From Dictyostelium discoideum (Eukaryota): 64,000 nucleotides of DNA. The notes beneath the pieces are model-generated. The model was given only the letters and a program-made list of their open reading frames with translations, ran no database searches and was not told where the DNA came from. Location of the stretch: assembly GCA_000004695.1 (NCBI GenBank), contig CM000154.2, forward strand, positions 2,848,001-2,912,000, given 5' to 3'. Positions 24,900 to 36,546 of this stretch are shown piece after piece (within the stretch, counting starts at the first letter, position 1; every line of letters begins with the position of its first letter). The position numbers and the translations under genes are program-made.

Positions 24900-25995
24900 G
24901 TTGTTGTTATTATTGGTTAAAGTGTTTGGTGATTTTGATTGCGTTTGTGTGATTTTTGTAACCTTTGGTACCATTTCTAAAACACCAGTACCCAATGAGG
25001 TTTTTTTTAATATTGTAACCTCTTCACGTAGATTTTTAATGGACATGATAATATTTCCACCTTCGAAAGGAAGAGAAAAATTAGGGATTTCTAAATGAAT
25101 AGCACCATCAATGATTTCAATTGGTTTTGAAAATTCACTTGGATCTCTTGTCAATAGTCTCTTTGTTCCACCTAATCTTGAATGAATATTATCCAATTTT
25201 GGTGAATATTTTGAAATATTTAAACCATTGGTTTCACAATACTCTTTGAAATAAATTCTTTGATAATAAAAATTAAATTCGATGATCATTCTAAAAACAA
25301 GATATTGATTGTAAAGAATACTTGATTTAATTGATTTAAAGGATTGTTTTTTAAACATGGTCTTCAAATGACTTGATATTCCACCTCCTAAACTATTTCT
25401 TCTACTTTTAGATTTTTTTATAAAATCTTTCATTAAATTTAATTTTATTTCATTGCCTTTAAATTGATTTTTAAAACTATCTATTACTTGAATTTGATCA
25501 TTAATATCGATTTCTTTGAAAACCAATTCAAAAATATTATTTCTTTGCGCTTTTTCGATTATTAAAAAAAAAAAAAAAATTAGTTGACATATTTAAAAAA
25601 ATAAATCAAAAAATAAATAAATAATAAATAATAAATAATTAATATTTTAAAAATATTTACCCATCTTAATTTATTTATTTATTGAAGCTGTGTTCAATAT
25701 AGAATAAATAAATATAAAAAGTTTAAAATTAAATAATTTTTAAATTTATTATTACAGGCTTTGTTTTTTTTTTTTGAATTAAGGGAGAAGCTTTTTTTTT
25801 TTGAAAAGATTAAAAAAAAAAAATAAAAAATAAAAAAAAATAAAAATCTTTTTCAATCGTAAAATTCATCAATTAATATTTTCTATCTGAGATAAGAAAA
25901 TTTTAATAAACAACATAATTAAAAAACAATTATTTTTTAGTATTTAATTTTTTTTGGTTCAATTATTTTATTTTTATTTTATTTTATTTTTTTTA
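20148..25995. repeat. Tandem segmental duplication, unit 2 (diverged copy, 5.8 kb)
   Basis: Colinear with unit 1. The 5' flank 25861..25990 matches 20042..20147. Confidence 0.8.
20325..25526 (-). pseudogene. NTase-Upf1-like helicase fusion, copy B: in-frame TGA (W to stop) at 24156-24158, plus a coding hexanucleotide-repeat expansion; possible pseudogene or split gene
   Basis: ORFs 24156..25526 (456 aa, NTase part) and 20325..24140 (1271 aa, helicase part) are in the same frame. Copy A reads LLVKWWASCKNLNDASK where copy B reads LLVKW*TSCKNLNDASK. Confidence 0.75.
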
Positions 25996-26222
25996 TTTTA
26001 TTTGTTTTGTTGTCAATTTTTTTTTTTTTTTTTTTTTTTTTGGTTTTATTTTTCATTTTTTTAATTTTATTTATTTTTAATAAAAATTTATTATACAATA
26101 ATAGAGCACCCCAGAAACACAAAATGATTTAAAATATAAAAAAATTTAATTTTTTACATATCTCACACCTTCATTTCTGAATATAGTTTAGATTATTATT
26201 ATTATTATTGTTATTATCATTA

Positions 26223-26277
<55 letters not shown>

Positions 26278-26593
26278 TTTTGTGATTAAAAATTTTTTTT
26301 TTTTTAAAAATTTTTTGACACTTAGATTTTACAGTTAGTTAAACTTAAAAACTTGAAAATTTTCAAGTTCTCTGTTACTTCATATTAATAAAAATTGCAT
26401 ATTATTTTCCACATGTGTCACTTAATAATAATTTCTGTTTATAAAAATTACCTATTATTTTAAATATATTAGTAAAAAAAAAAAAAAAACTAGTTTAATA
26501 AACCTAATGTAATTTTAAAATAATTAAAAAAAAAAAAAAAAAATAACCAATAATAAGTTGTAAATATTCAAATAATAATCAAAATAATAAAAA

Positions 26594-27725
26594 ATGGAAT
26601 GTGAAGATGTTCGACCTATAGTTATTGATAATGGTTCTGGTATGTATAAAGCTGGTTTTGCTAGTGATGATGCTCCACGTACAATTTTTCCATCAATTGT
26701 TGGTCATCCAAAGTGCAATGGTTTTATGGTTGACATAGATCAAAAAGATTCATATGTTGGTGATGAAGCTCAATCAAAAAGGGGTATTCTAAATGTTAAA
26801 TATCCAATTGAACGTGGTATTATTACCAATTGGGATGATATGGAAAAAATCTGGTATCATACTTTTTATAATGAACTTGGTGTTTCCTATGGAACATCCA
26901 GTTCTCTTAACTGAACCACCACTAAATCCAAATAAAAATAGAGAGAAAATGACTCAAATCATGTTTGAAACTTTCAATACTCCTGAATTGTATGTTGCAA
27001 TTCAAGCTGTATTATCATTATATGCTTCTGATCGTACAACTGGTATCGTTTTGGATTCAGGTGATGGTGTTTCCCATACCGTACCGGTTTATGGTAGTTA
27101 TGCATTACCTCATGCAATTAGACGTTTACATTTAGCTGGTGGTGATCTTACTGATTACATGTGTAGAATGTTAAACTTTGAACGTTGTTACTCATTCACA
27201 ACAACTACTGAAAGAGAAGTAGTTAGAGGTATTAAAGAGAAATTAGCATATGTTGCATTGGATTTTGGAGCTGAAATGCAAACTGCAGCCTCATCATCTG
27301 CATTAGAGAAATCATATGAATTACCAGATGGCCAAGTTATTACAATCGGTAATGAACGTTTCCGTTGTCCAGAAGCACTTTTCCAACCGTCATTATTGGC
27401 TATGGACTATGATGGTATTCATGAAACAATCTATAATTCAATCATGAAATGTGATGTTGGTATTCATAAAGATTTATTTGGTAGTGTTGTATTATCAGGT
27501 GGTTCAACTATGTTCCCTGGTATTGCAGATCGTATGAATAAAGAATTAACTGCACTTGCACCATCAACAATGAAAATTAAAATTATTGCACCACCAGAAC
27601 GTAAATACTCTGTATGGATTGGTGGTTCAATTTTAGCTTCAGTTTCAACTTTCCAACAAATTTGTATTTCAAAAGAAGAATATGACGAATCTGGTCCATC
27701 AATTGTTCACAGAAAATGTTTCTAA
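26594..27725 (+). pseudogene. Actin-family gene copy 1 with a 2-nt deletion frameshift near 26885 ([41 protein letters not shown]...)
   Basis: ORFs 26594..26914 and 26793..27725 are both actin-like but in different frames. The other copies read [13 protein letters not shown] where this one reads [11 protein letters not shown]. Confidence 0.75.
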
Positions 27726-27807
27726 TTTTTTAAAAGAAAAAAAATATATTTTTAAATCGAATCTAAAATTAGTTTTGGTCTGTGAAGTTGGCAAAAGAAA
27801 ATTAGCG

Positions 27808-27845
<38 letters not shown>

Positions 27846-28087
27846 AATAACATATTGATGGAATATATCTTCTTTCATTAATTTTATAATCAAATTAAAT
27901 TTATTTCTCTTTTTTTAAATTATTACTTTATTTTTAAATTTCTACTTTTTTTTTTTTTTTTTTTATTTTAAAATCTTGGTGGCAATTAAAAAAAATAAAA
28001 TAAAACAAAAATAATAAATAATAATAAAATTTAAAAACTAAATAAAAATTAATTTGCATTATCCAATATTATTTATTTATTTGTTTA

Positions 28088-28138
<51 letters not shown>

Positions 28139-28149
28139 GATACTATTTT

Positions 28150-28275
28150 TGATTTGATTTTGTTAATTAAATTCAATTTGATTTGGTTTGATTTGATTTG
28201 ATTTGATTTGGTTGGGTTCGATTTGATTTGATTTAATTTGATTTGATTCGATTTGATTTGATTTGATTTACTTTT
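28150..28275. repeat. (GATTT)n pentanucleotide microsatellite in the actin intergenic region
   Basis: gatttgatttgatttgatttg... ORF 28069..28344(-) is simply this repeat translated (KSNQIKSNQIK). Confidence 0.9.
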
Positions 28276-28727
28276 TTTTATGCAAAAATTGCGTTTTAAA
28301 TATTTTCTTAATTTTTTAATTTTTTTAAAAAAAAAAAATTTCAAGTTTTTTTTTTTTAAAAATATTATTTTTTTTTTGTATTAAGATAATAAAAAGTAAT
28401 TCAACTCAATTTGACTATGATTCTATGACGCTGACCCCTCAGATTTTTCAGTCAGTTAAAAAAACTTGAAATTTTCAGTTCTCTGTTAATTCATATTAAT
28501 TTCTGTTTATAAAAATTACATATTATTTTAAATATATACTCCACATGTTTATAATTATTATTTTTTTTTTTTTTATTGGTAAAAAAAAAAAAAATAAAAA
28601 AATAAAAAAATTAACAGTTTATTTTAATAAACCTTAAATAATTTAAAATCATTAATAAAAAAATAAAAAAACAATACAGAGTTATATATCACAAATAATA
28701 ATCAAATAATAATCAAAATAATATAAA

Positions 28728-29861
28728 ATGGAATGTAAAGAAGACCTAACAATAGTTATTGATAATGGTTCTGGTATGTGTAAAGCTGGTTTTGCTGGTT
28801 ATGATGCTCCACATGCAGTTTTTCCATCAATTGTTGGTCGTCCTAGACATACTGGTGTTATGGTTGGTATGGGTCAAAAGGATTCATATATTGGTGATGA
28901 AGCTCAATCAAAAAGGGATATTCTAAATCTTAAATTTCCAGTTGAGCGTGGTATTATTACCAATTGGAATGATATGGAAGAAATCTGGCATCATACTTTT
29001 TATAATGAACTTCGTGTTGCTCCAGAGGAACATCCAGTTCTCTTAACTGAACCGCCATTAAATTCAAAAGCAAATAGAGAGAAAATGCCTCAAATCATGT
29101 TTGAAACTTTCAATACTCCTGCAATGTATGTTGCAATTCAAGCTGTATTATCATTATATGCATCTGGTCGTGCAACTGGTGTCATTCTGGATTCAGGTGA
29201 TGGTGTTTCTTATACTGTACCAGTTTATGAAGGTAATACATTTCCACTTTCAATTACACGTTTACATTTAGCTGGTGGTGATCTTACTGATTACATGAGT
29301 AGATTATTATACACTGATTGTGGTTACTACTTTTCAACAAAAGCTGAAAAAGAAATAGTTAAAGATATTAAAGAGAAATTAGCATATGTTGCATTGGATT
29401 TTGAAGCTGAAATGCAAACTGCAGCCTCATCGCCTTCATTAGAGAAATCATATAAATTACCAGATGGTCGAATGATCACAATTGGTAATGAACGTTTCCG
29501 TTGTCCAGAAGCACTTTTCCAACCATCATTATTGGCTATGGACTATGATGGTATTCATGAAACAACCTATAATTCAATCATGAAATGTGATGTTGATTTT
29601 CATAAAGATTTATATGGTAATGTTTTATTATCAGGTGGTTCAACTATGTTCCCAGGTATTGCAGATCGTATGAATAAAGAATTAACTGCACTTGCACCAT
29701 CAACAATGAAAATTAAAATTATTGCACCACCAGAACGTAAATACTCTGCATGGATTGGTGGTTCAATTTTAGCCTCACTTTCAAGTTTCCAACCAAGGTG
29801 GATTTCAAAAGAAGAATATGACGAATCTGGTCCATCAATTGTTCACAGAAAATGTTGGTAA
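28728..29861 (+). CDS. Divergent actin paralog, copy 2 (377 aa, intact)
   Basis: Full-length actin fold. About 80% identical to conventional actin. Ends HRKCW. Confidence 0.8.
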   Translation: MECKEDLTIVIDNGSGMCKAGFAGYDAPHAVFPSIVGRPRHTGVMVGMGQKDSYIGDEAQSKRDILNLKFPVERGIITNWNDMEEIWHHTFYNELRVAPEEHPVLLTEPPLNSKANREKMPQIMFETFNTPAMYVAIQAVLSLYASGRATGVILDSGDGVSYTVPVYEGNTFPLSITRLHLAGGDLTDYMSRLLYTDCGYYFSTKAEKEIVKDIKEKLAYVALDFEAEMQTAASSPSLEKSYKLPDGRMITIGNERFRCPEALFQPSLLAMDYDGIHETTYNSIMKCDVDFHKDLYGNVLLSGGSTMFPGIADRMNKELTALAPSTMKIKIIAPPERKYSAWIGGSILASLSSFQPRWISKEEYDESGPSIVHRKCW

Positions 29862-30256
29862 TTTTTTAAAAGAAAAAAAAAAAAATACTATTTTTTTAAT
29901 TAAATAAGAAATATATAAATGGTTGTTTAAAATTATTACCATGAATATTATAAGAATTACTATTTTTAAATATATAAACTGAGATGTAAATTAATAAAAT
30001 AATTTATTTTGCCAGAATGTAATAATTATATCTCACTAATAAAAATATCCATATAAGGAAATATTAAAAAAAAAAAAAAAAAACAGAAAATTTACATTCA
30101 TTTTTTTTATATTTTAAATCATTGATGATTTACACGTGCATTCTGAATATTTTCCTTGTTTTTTATTTTTTTTTTTTTTTTTTAATTATATAAAATTTTG
30201 TTTTTAAGTTTTTTTTTTTTTTTTAAGCAAAATATTTATTTTTCAAATTACAACAT

Positions 30257-30360
30257 TATGACAACCAAAAGTGATTTCTATGGGGCTGACCCCTTAGATT
30301 TTTCAGTTATTTAAACTTAAAAAAACTTGAAATTTTTAATTTCTCTGTTACTTAATATTA
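30257..30360 (+). promoter_or_regulatory. Conserved actin upstream element (...GCTGACCCCTTAGATTTTTCAG...CTTGAAATTTTnAnTTCTCTGTTAcTTnATATTAAT), about 150-250 bp 5' of the copy 3 ATG
   Basis: The same roughly 80-100-bp block recurs at 26318..26390 (copy 1) and 28417..28500 (copy 2), and a fragment at 34052..34100. It is conserved while the surrounding poly(A/T) DNA is not. Confidence 0.5.
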
Positions 30361-30510
30361 ATTTCATATTATTTTAAATATATATGTTCATTATTATTAT
30401 TATTAAAAAAAAAAAAAATTAATTTTTTTAAAATAAACCTAAAATAATTTAAAATCATAAAAAACCAACAATAAGGAACATATATCAAATAATAATCAAA
30501 ATAATATAAA

Positions 30511-31668
30511 ATGGAATGCGAAGAAGTTCAAGCCATAGTTATTGATAATGGTTCTAGTGTGTGTAAAGCTGGTTTTGGTGGTGATGATGCTCCTCGTACA
30601 GCTTTCCCATCAATTGTTGGTCGTCCAAGATGTACTGGTTTTATAGTTGATATGGATAAAAAAGATTCATATTTTTGTAAAAAGAATTCGTGTTTTATGG
30701 GTCAAAAGGATTTATATATTGGTGATGAAGCTCAATCAAAAAGAGGTATTCTAAATGTTAAATATCCAATTGAACGTGGTATTATTACAAATTGGAATGA
30801 CATGGAAGAAATCTGGTATCATACTTTTTATAATGAACTTCATGTTGCTCCAGAGGAACATCCAGTTCTCTTAACTGAACCACCATTAAATCCAAAAGCA
30901 AATAGAGAGAAAATGACTCAAATCATGTTTGAAACTTTCAAAACCCCTGCAATATATGTTGCCAATCAAGGTGTATTATCATTATATTCTACTGGTCTTA
31001 CAACTGGTATCGTTATGAATTCGGGTGATGGTGTTTCTCATACTGTGCCAGTTTATGAAGGTTATATTTTACGTCAAGCAATTTTAAGTTTAGATTTAGC
31101 TGGTCGTGATCTTACTGATTACATGAATGAATTATTAACTGATCGTGGTTACTACTTTACAACAAAGGGTGAAAAAGAAATAGTTAGAGGTATTAAAGAG
31201 AAATTATCATATGTTGCATTAGACTTTGAAGCTGAAATGCAAATTGCCTCCGCATCGCCTGCATTAGAGAAATCATATGAATTACCAGACGGTCAAGTTA
31301 TTACAATTGGTAATGAACGTTTCCGTTGTCCAGAAGCACTTTTCCGACCATATACTGGTATTCATGAAACAATCTATAATTCAATCATGAAATGTGATGA
31401 TGATATTCGTAAAGATTTATTTGGTAGTGTTGTATTATCAGGTGGTTCAACTATGTTTCCAGGTATTGTAGATCGTATGAATAAAGAATTAACTGCACTT
31501 GCACCATCAACAATGAAAATTAAAATTATTGCACCACCAGAACGTAAATACTCTGTATGGATTGGTGGTTCAATTTTAGCCTCACTTTCAAGTTTCCAAC
31601 CAAGGTGGATTTCAAAAGAAGAATATGACGAATCTGGTCCATCAATTGTTCACAGAAAATGTTTCTAA
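30511..31668 (+). CDS. Divergent actin paralog, copy 3 (385 aa; 9-aa insertion FCKKNSCFM in the D-loop region and a 6-aa deletion near residue 270)
   Basis: Intact ORF but with indels relative to its neighbours. It is possibly non-functional. Confidence 0.65.
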   Translation: MECEEVQAIVIDNGSSVCKAGFGGDDAPRTAFPSIVGRPRCTGFIVDMDKKDSYFCKKNSCFMGQKDLYIGDEAQSKRGILNVKYPIERGIITNWNDMEEIWYHTFYNELHVAPEEHPVLLTEPPLNPKANREKMTQIMFETFKTPAIYVANQGVLSLYSTGLTTGIVMNSGDGVSHTVPVYEGYILRQAILSLDLAGRDLTDYMNELLTDRGYYFTTKGEKEIVRGIKEKLSYVALDFEAEMQIASASPALEKSYELPDGQVITIGNERFRCPEALFRPYTGIHETIYNSIMKCDDDIRKDLFGSVVLSGGSTMFPGIVDRMNKELTALAPSTMKIKIIAPPERKYSVWIGGSILASLSSFQPRWISKEEYDESGPSIVHRKCF

Positions 31669-32319
31669 AAAAAAAAAAAAAAAAAAATTAGTTAAATTAA
31701 TAAAATAAAATAAAAATTATAAAAACAAAAAAAAAAACAAAAAAAAAAAAAAAGTATGGTAAAATAAAAATAAAATAAAAATTATAAAAACAAAAAAAAA
31801 AAAAATTAAAAAAAAAAAAAAATAGAATTAGTTTCTTGTCGATAAAAGAAATAATCACTCATATAAATTTTTTTCACTAGTGACATAATTTTGGCTCTAG
31901 TTACGTAATATATTATAGTAAAGCATTCGCTGAAAAAAAAAAGGTTAAAAATTAAAAAATAAAACAAAAAAAAAAAAAAAACAAAAAACTAAAAGTCTAA
32001 AAGTATGTTTCGTTGAAAAAAAAAAATTTTGAGCAGATGATCATGATCTTTTTTTTTTTGATGACCATTTTTTAAAAATAAATAAAAAAAAAAATAGAGA
32101 AAAAAAGTATGGTTTTTATTTAATCACATAAATAGTTGTTGCATCATTGTTTTTTGTTTTTCTATTTTTATTTTTTTTTTTTTTTATTTTTTTTTTTTAT
32201 TCCCACACAGAATAACGTCTATTCGTGTTTTTCTATTTTTATTTTTATTTTTTTTTTAATCAAAATTAAAATTATTTTTAAATCAATTTTAATTCGTAAT
32301 TTCAAGATATAAGGAATAT

Positions 32320-32329
32320 CCATATAAGG
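32320..32329 (+). promoter_or_regulatory. CArG box (CCATATAAGG, matching CC(A/T)6GG) 19 bp upstream of the ATG of actin-like copy 4
   Basis: Exact match to the SRF/MADS-box consensus. Identical boxes occur at 30049..30058, 33962..33971 and 35053..35062 (the last is 19 bp upstream of the copy 6 ATG). Confidence 0.5.
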
Positions 32330-32347
32330 AAATATTGTAAAAATAAA

Positions 32348-33466
32348 ATGGAAATTAATGTTCAAGCTATAGTTATTGATAATGGTTCTGATACGTGTAA
32401 AGCTGGTTTTGTTGGTGAAGAAGCTCCACATTCAGAGTTCCCATCGATTGTTGGTATTGATCAAAATGATTCATATGTTGGTAATGAAGCTCAATCAAAA
32501 AGAGGTATTCTAACTCTTAAATATCCAATTGAACGTGGTATTATTACCAATTGGGATGATATGGAAAAAATCTGGCATCATGCTTTTTATAATGAACTTG
32601 GTGTTGCTCCAGAGGAAAATATAGTAGTTTTATCTGAATCACCATTAAATCCAGAAGAAAATAGAGAGAAAATGGCTCAAATCATGTTTGAAACTTTCAA
32701 AACTCCTGCAATATATGTTGAAAACCAAGCTGTATTTTCGATTTATAATTCTGGTCGTATGACTGGTATCGTTCTGGATTCAGGTGATAGTGCTTCTCAT
32801 GTTGTACCAGTTTATGAAGGTCTTGCATTGCCACATGCGACTTCAAGTTTAGGTTTTGCTGGTTGTGATCTTACTGATCAAATGAGTTTATTATTAAATG
32901 ATCTTGGTTACAACCTTGAAAGAGAAATAGTTAGAGATATTAAAGAGAAACTATCATATGTTTCATCAGATTTTTCATGGGAAATTAACGATCCATCAAC
33001 ATTAGGGAAATCATATGAACTACCAGACGGTCAAGTTATTACAATTGATAAAGAACTTTTTGCTTGCCCAGAGGTACTTTTCCTCCCATATGCATTTTTT
33101 GGTACGAACCTTGATGGTATTGACAAAGCAATCTATAATTCAATCATGAAGTGTAATGATGATATTCATAATGATTTATATGGTAATGTTGTATTATCAG
33201 GTGGTTCAACTATGTTCCCAGGTATTGAATATCGTATGTATAAAGGATTAACACAACTTGCACCATCAACAACGGAAATTGTAATTAATGCAGAACCAGA
33301 TCGTAAGAACTCTGTATGGATTGGTGGTTCAATTTTAGGCTTAGTTCCAAATTTCCAAGAATTGTGTATTGACAAAGAAGATTATGATGAATATGGTCCA
33401 TCGTTTGTGAACTTAGTAAAAAGTTTTAGAGAACAAAATCACCAAAATTATTATGGTGAAAATTAA
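32348..33466 (+). CDS. Highly divergent actin-like protein, copy 4 (372 aa; [21 protein letters not shown]...; lacks about 12 aa of the DNase-I-binding loop; extended C-terminus)
   Basis: Actin fold is recognisable throughout. The segment [14 protein letters not shown] is missing. Confidence 0.75.
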   Translation: MEINVQAIVIDNGSDTCKAGFVGEEAPHSEFPSIVGIDQNDSYVGNEAQSKRGILTLKYPIERGIITNWDDMEKIWHHAFYNELGVAPEENIVVLSESPLNPEENREKMAQIMFETFKTPAIYVENQAVFSIYNSGRMTGIVLDSGDSASHVVPVYEGLALPHATSSLGFAGCDLTDQMSLLLNDLGYNLEREIVRDIKEKLSYVSSDFSWEINDPSTLGKSYELPDGQVITIDKELFACPEVLFLPYAFFGTNLDGIDKAIYNSIMKCNDDIHNDLYGNVVLSGGSTMFPGIEYRMYKGLTQLAPSTTEIVINAEPDRKNSVWIGGSILGLVPNFQELCIDKEDYDEYGPSFVNLVKSFREQNHQNYYGEN

Positions 33467-33467
33467 C

Positions 33468-33509
<42 letters not shown>

Positions 33510-33628
33510 CAATTCCAGTTTTCTTCAAATTTTATTCTTAAAAATTATTTTTAAAATTATATTATTAATAAAAATGTTATAAATTTATGGGAAAATATTA
33601 TATTAATTTTTTTTGTTTTGGTAATAAT

Positions 33629-33680
<52 letters not shown>

Positions 33681-33810
33681 TTTTTTTTTTTTTTTTTTTT
33701 TTTTGTATAAATAATTATTTTTTAAATGAAAAAAAAAAATAAAAAAACTTTAAAAAATAAACAATAATTTATATATTCAAATAATAATCAAAATAATAAA
33801 AAAAAAAAAA

Positions 33811-34459
33811 ATGGAAAGTGAAGATGTTCAAGCTTTATTTTTTTTTTTTTTTCTTAGTTTATCAATTATCTACTATTTTTAAATATATAAACTGAGATGT
33901 ATATTAATAAAATAATTTATTTTGCCAGAATGTAATAATTATATCTCACTAATAAAAATATCCATATAAGGAGAATGTAATTATATAAAATTTTGTTTTT
34001 AAGTTTTTTTTTTTTTTTAAGCAAAATATTAATTTTTCAAATTACAACATTATGACAACCAAAAGTGATTTCTATGGGGCTGACCCCTTAGATTTTTCAA
34101 ATCTAGAAGCACTTTTCCGACCATCATTATTGGCTATGGGCTGTGGTGGTATTCATGAAACAATCTATAATTCAATCATGAAATGTGATTATGATATTCG
34201 TAAATATTTATTTGGTAGTGTGGTATTATCAGGTGGTTCAACTATGTTTCCAGGTATTGCAGATCGTATGAATAAAGAATTAACTGCACTTGCACCATCA
34301 ACAATGAAAATTAAAATTATTGCACCACCAGAACGTAAATACTCTGTATGGATTGGTGGTTCAATTTTAGCCTCACTTTCAAATTGTCAAGAAATGTGGA
34401 TTTCAAAAGAAGAATATGACGAATCTGGTCCATCAATTATTCACAGAAAATGTTTCTAA
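33811..34459 (+). pseudogene. Rearranged/chimeric actin pseudogene: 9 codons of an actin start (MESEDVQAL), then flank-derived DNA, then the C-terminal 130 aa of actin
   Basis: 33811..33837 matches the 5' end of the copy at 36652. 33860..33975 matches the 3' flank of copy 2 (29925..30058). 34052..34100 matches the upstream element of copy 3. ORF 34052..34459 fuses that element in-frame to the actin 3' third. Confidence 0.7.
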
Positions 34460-35052
34460 AAAAAATAGTTAAATTAATATAATAAAATAAAAATTATAAA
34501 AACAAAAAAAAAAAAACAAAAAAAAAAATTAAAAAAAAAAAAAAAATCATTTTTGAAACAAAAAATAGAATTAGTTTCTTGTCGATAAAAGAAATAACCA
34601 CTCATATAAATTTTTTTCACCAATGACATAATTTTGGCTCTATTTACGTAATATACCATTAAAGCATTCGCTGAAAAAAAAAAAGGTTAAAAAATAAAAC
34701 AAAAAAAAAAAAAAAAACAAAAAAACTAAAAGTCTAAAAGTATGGTTGGTTGAAAAAAAAAAATTTTGAGCAGATGATCATGATCTTTTTTTTTTGGTGG
34801 TCATTTTTTAAAAATAAATAAAAAAAAAAAATAGAGAAAAAAAGTATGGTTTTTATTTAATCACATAAATAGTTGTTGCATCATTGTTTTTTGTTTTTCT
34901 ATTTTTATTTTTATATTTTTTTTTTTTTTTTATTCCCACACAGAATAACGTCTATTCGTGTTTTTCTATTTCTATTTTTATTTTTTTTAAAATCAAAATT
35001 AAAATTATTTTTAAATCAATTTTAATTCGTAATTTCAAGATATAAGGAATAT

Positions 35053-35062
35053 CCATATAAGG
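35053..35062 (+). promoter_or_regulatory. CArG box (CCATATAAGG) upstream of actin-like copy 6
   Basis: Same element as at 32320, in the duplicated flank. Confidence 0.5.
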
Positions 35063-35080
35063 AAATATTGTAAAAATAAA

Positions 35081-36142
35081 ATGGAAATTAATGTTCAAGC
35101 TATAGTTATTGATAATGGTTCTGATACGTGTAAAGCTGGTTTTGTTGGTGAAGAAGCTCCACGTTCAGAGTTCCCATCGATTGTTGGTATTGATCAAAAT
35201 GATAAAGATTCATATGTTGGTAATGAAGCTCAATCAAAAAGAGGTATTCTAACTCTTAAATATCCAATTGAACGTGGTATTATTACCAATTGGGATGATA
35301 TGGAAAAAATCTGGCATCATGCTTTTTATAATGAACTTGGTGTTGCTCCAGAGGAAAATATAGTAGTTTTATCTGAATCACCATTAAATCCAGAAGAAAA
35401 TAGAGAGAAAATGGCTCAAATCATGTTTGAAACTTTCAAAACTCCTGCAATATATGTTGAAAACCAAGCTGTATTTTCGATTTATAATTCTGGTCGTATG
35501 ACTGGTATCGTTCTGGATTCAGGTGATAGTGCTTCTCATGTTGTACCAGTTTATGAAGGTCTTGCATTGCCACTTGCGACTTCAAGTTTAGGTTTTGCTG
35601 GTTGTGATCTTACTGATCAAATGAGTTTATTATTAAATGATCTTGGTTACAACCTTGAAAGAGAAATAGTTAGAGATATTAAAGAGAAACTATCATATGT
35701 TTCATCAGATTTTTTATGGGAAATTGACGATCCATCATTAGAGAAATCATATGAACTACCAGACGGTCAAGTTATTACAATTGGTAAAGAACTTTTAGCT
35801 TGCTCAGAGGGACTTTTCCTCCCATATGTATTTTTTGGTACGAACCTTGATGGTATTGACAAAGCAATCTATAATTCAATCATGAAATGTGATGTTGATA
35901 TTCATAATGATTTATATGGTAATGTTGTATTATCAGGTGGTTCAACTATGTTCCCAGGTATTGAATATCGTATGTATAAAGAATTAACACAACTTGCACC
36001 ATCAACAACGGAAATTGTAATTAATGCACCACCAGAACGTAAGAACTCTGTATGGATTGGTGGTTCAATTTTAGGCTTAGTTCCAAATTTCCCAGAATTG
36101 TGTTTTGACAAAGAAGATTATGATGAATATGGTCGGTTGTGA
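35081..36142 (+). CDS. Highly divergent actin-like protein, copy 6 (353 aa; paralog of copy 4; small deletion gives an earlier stop ...DYDEYGRL*)
   Basis: About 93% identical to copy 4 at the protein level, with the same D-loop deletion. Confidence 0.75.
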   Translation: MEINVQAIVIDNGSDTCKAGFVGEEAPRSEFPSIVGIDQNDKDSYVGNEAQSKRGILTLKYPIERGIITNWDDMEKIWHHAFYNELGVAPEENIVVLSESPLNPEENREKMAQIMFETFKTPAIYVENQAVFSIYNSGRMTGIVLDSGDSASHVVPVYEGLALPLATSSLGFAGCDLTDQMSLLLNDLGYNLEREIVRDIKEKLSYVSSDFLWEIDDPSLEKSYELPDGQVITIGKELLACSEGLFLPYVFFGTNLDGIDKAIYNSIMKCDVDIHNDLYGNVVLSGGSTMFPGIEYRMYKELTQLAPSTTEIVINAPPERKNSVWIGGSILGLVPNFPELCFDKEDYDEYGRL

Positions 36143-36498
36143 ACTTAGTAAAAAGTATAAGAGAAGAAATTCAGATAACAAACACAAATTCACAGTTAAA
36201 AAAATAAAATAAAAAAATAAAAAAATAAAAAAATAAATAATAAAATTTAATAAAATAAATTAAATAAACTATTTTTTAGGTTCTTTTGATTTATTTTTTG
36301 TAATTTTATTTTATTTTTATTTTATAATTTTATACAAATTTTAAATAATTTCAAAAAAAAAAAAATAAAAAAAAAAATTCAATTCCAGTTTTCTTCAAAT
36401 TTTATTCTTAGAAATTATTTTTAAAATTATATTATTAATAAAAATGTTATAAATTTATGTGAAAATATTATATTTATTTTTATTTGTTTTGTTATTAT

Positions 36499-36546
<48 letters not shown>

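Noticed and set aside
28069-28344. 91-aa minus ORF (KSNQIKSNQIK...).
   Set aside because: It is a translation of the (GATTT)n microsatellite.
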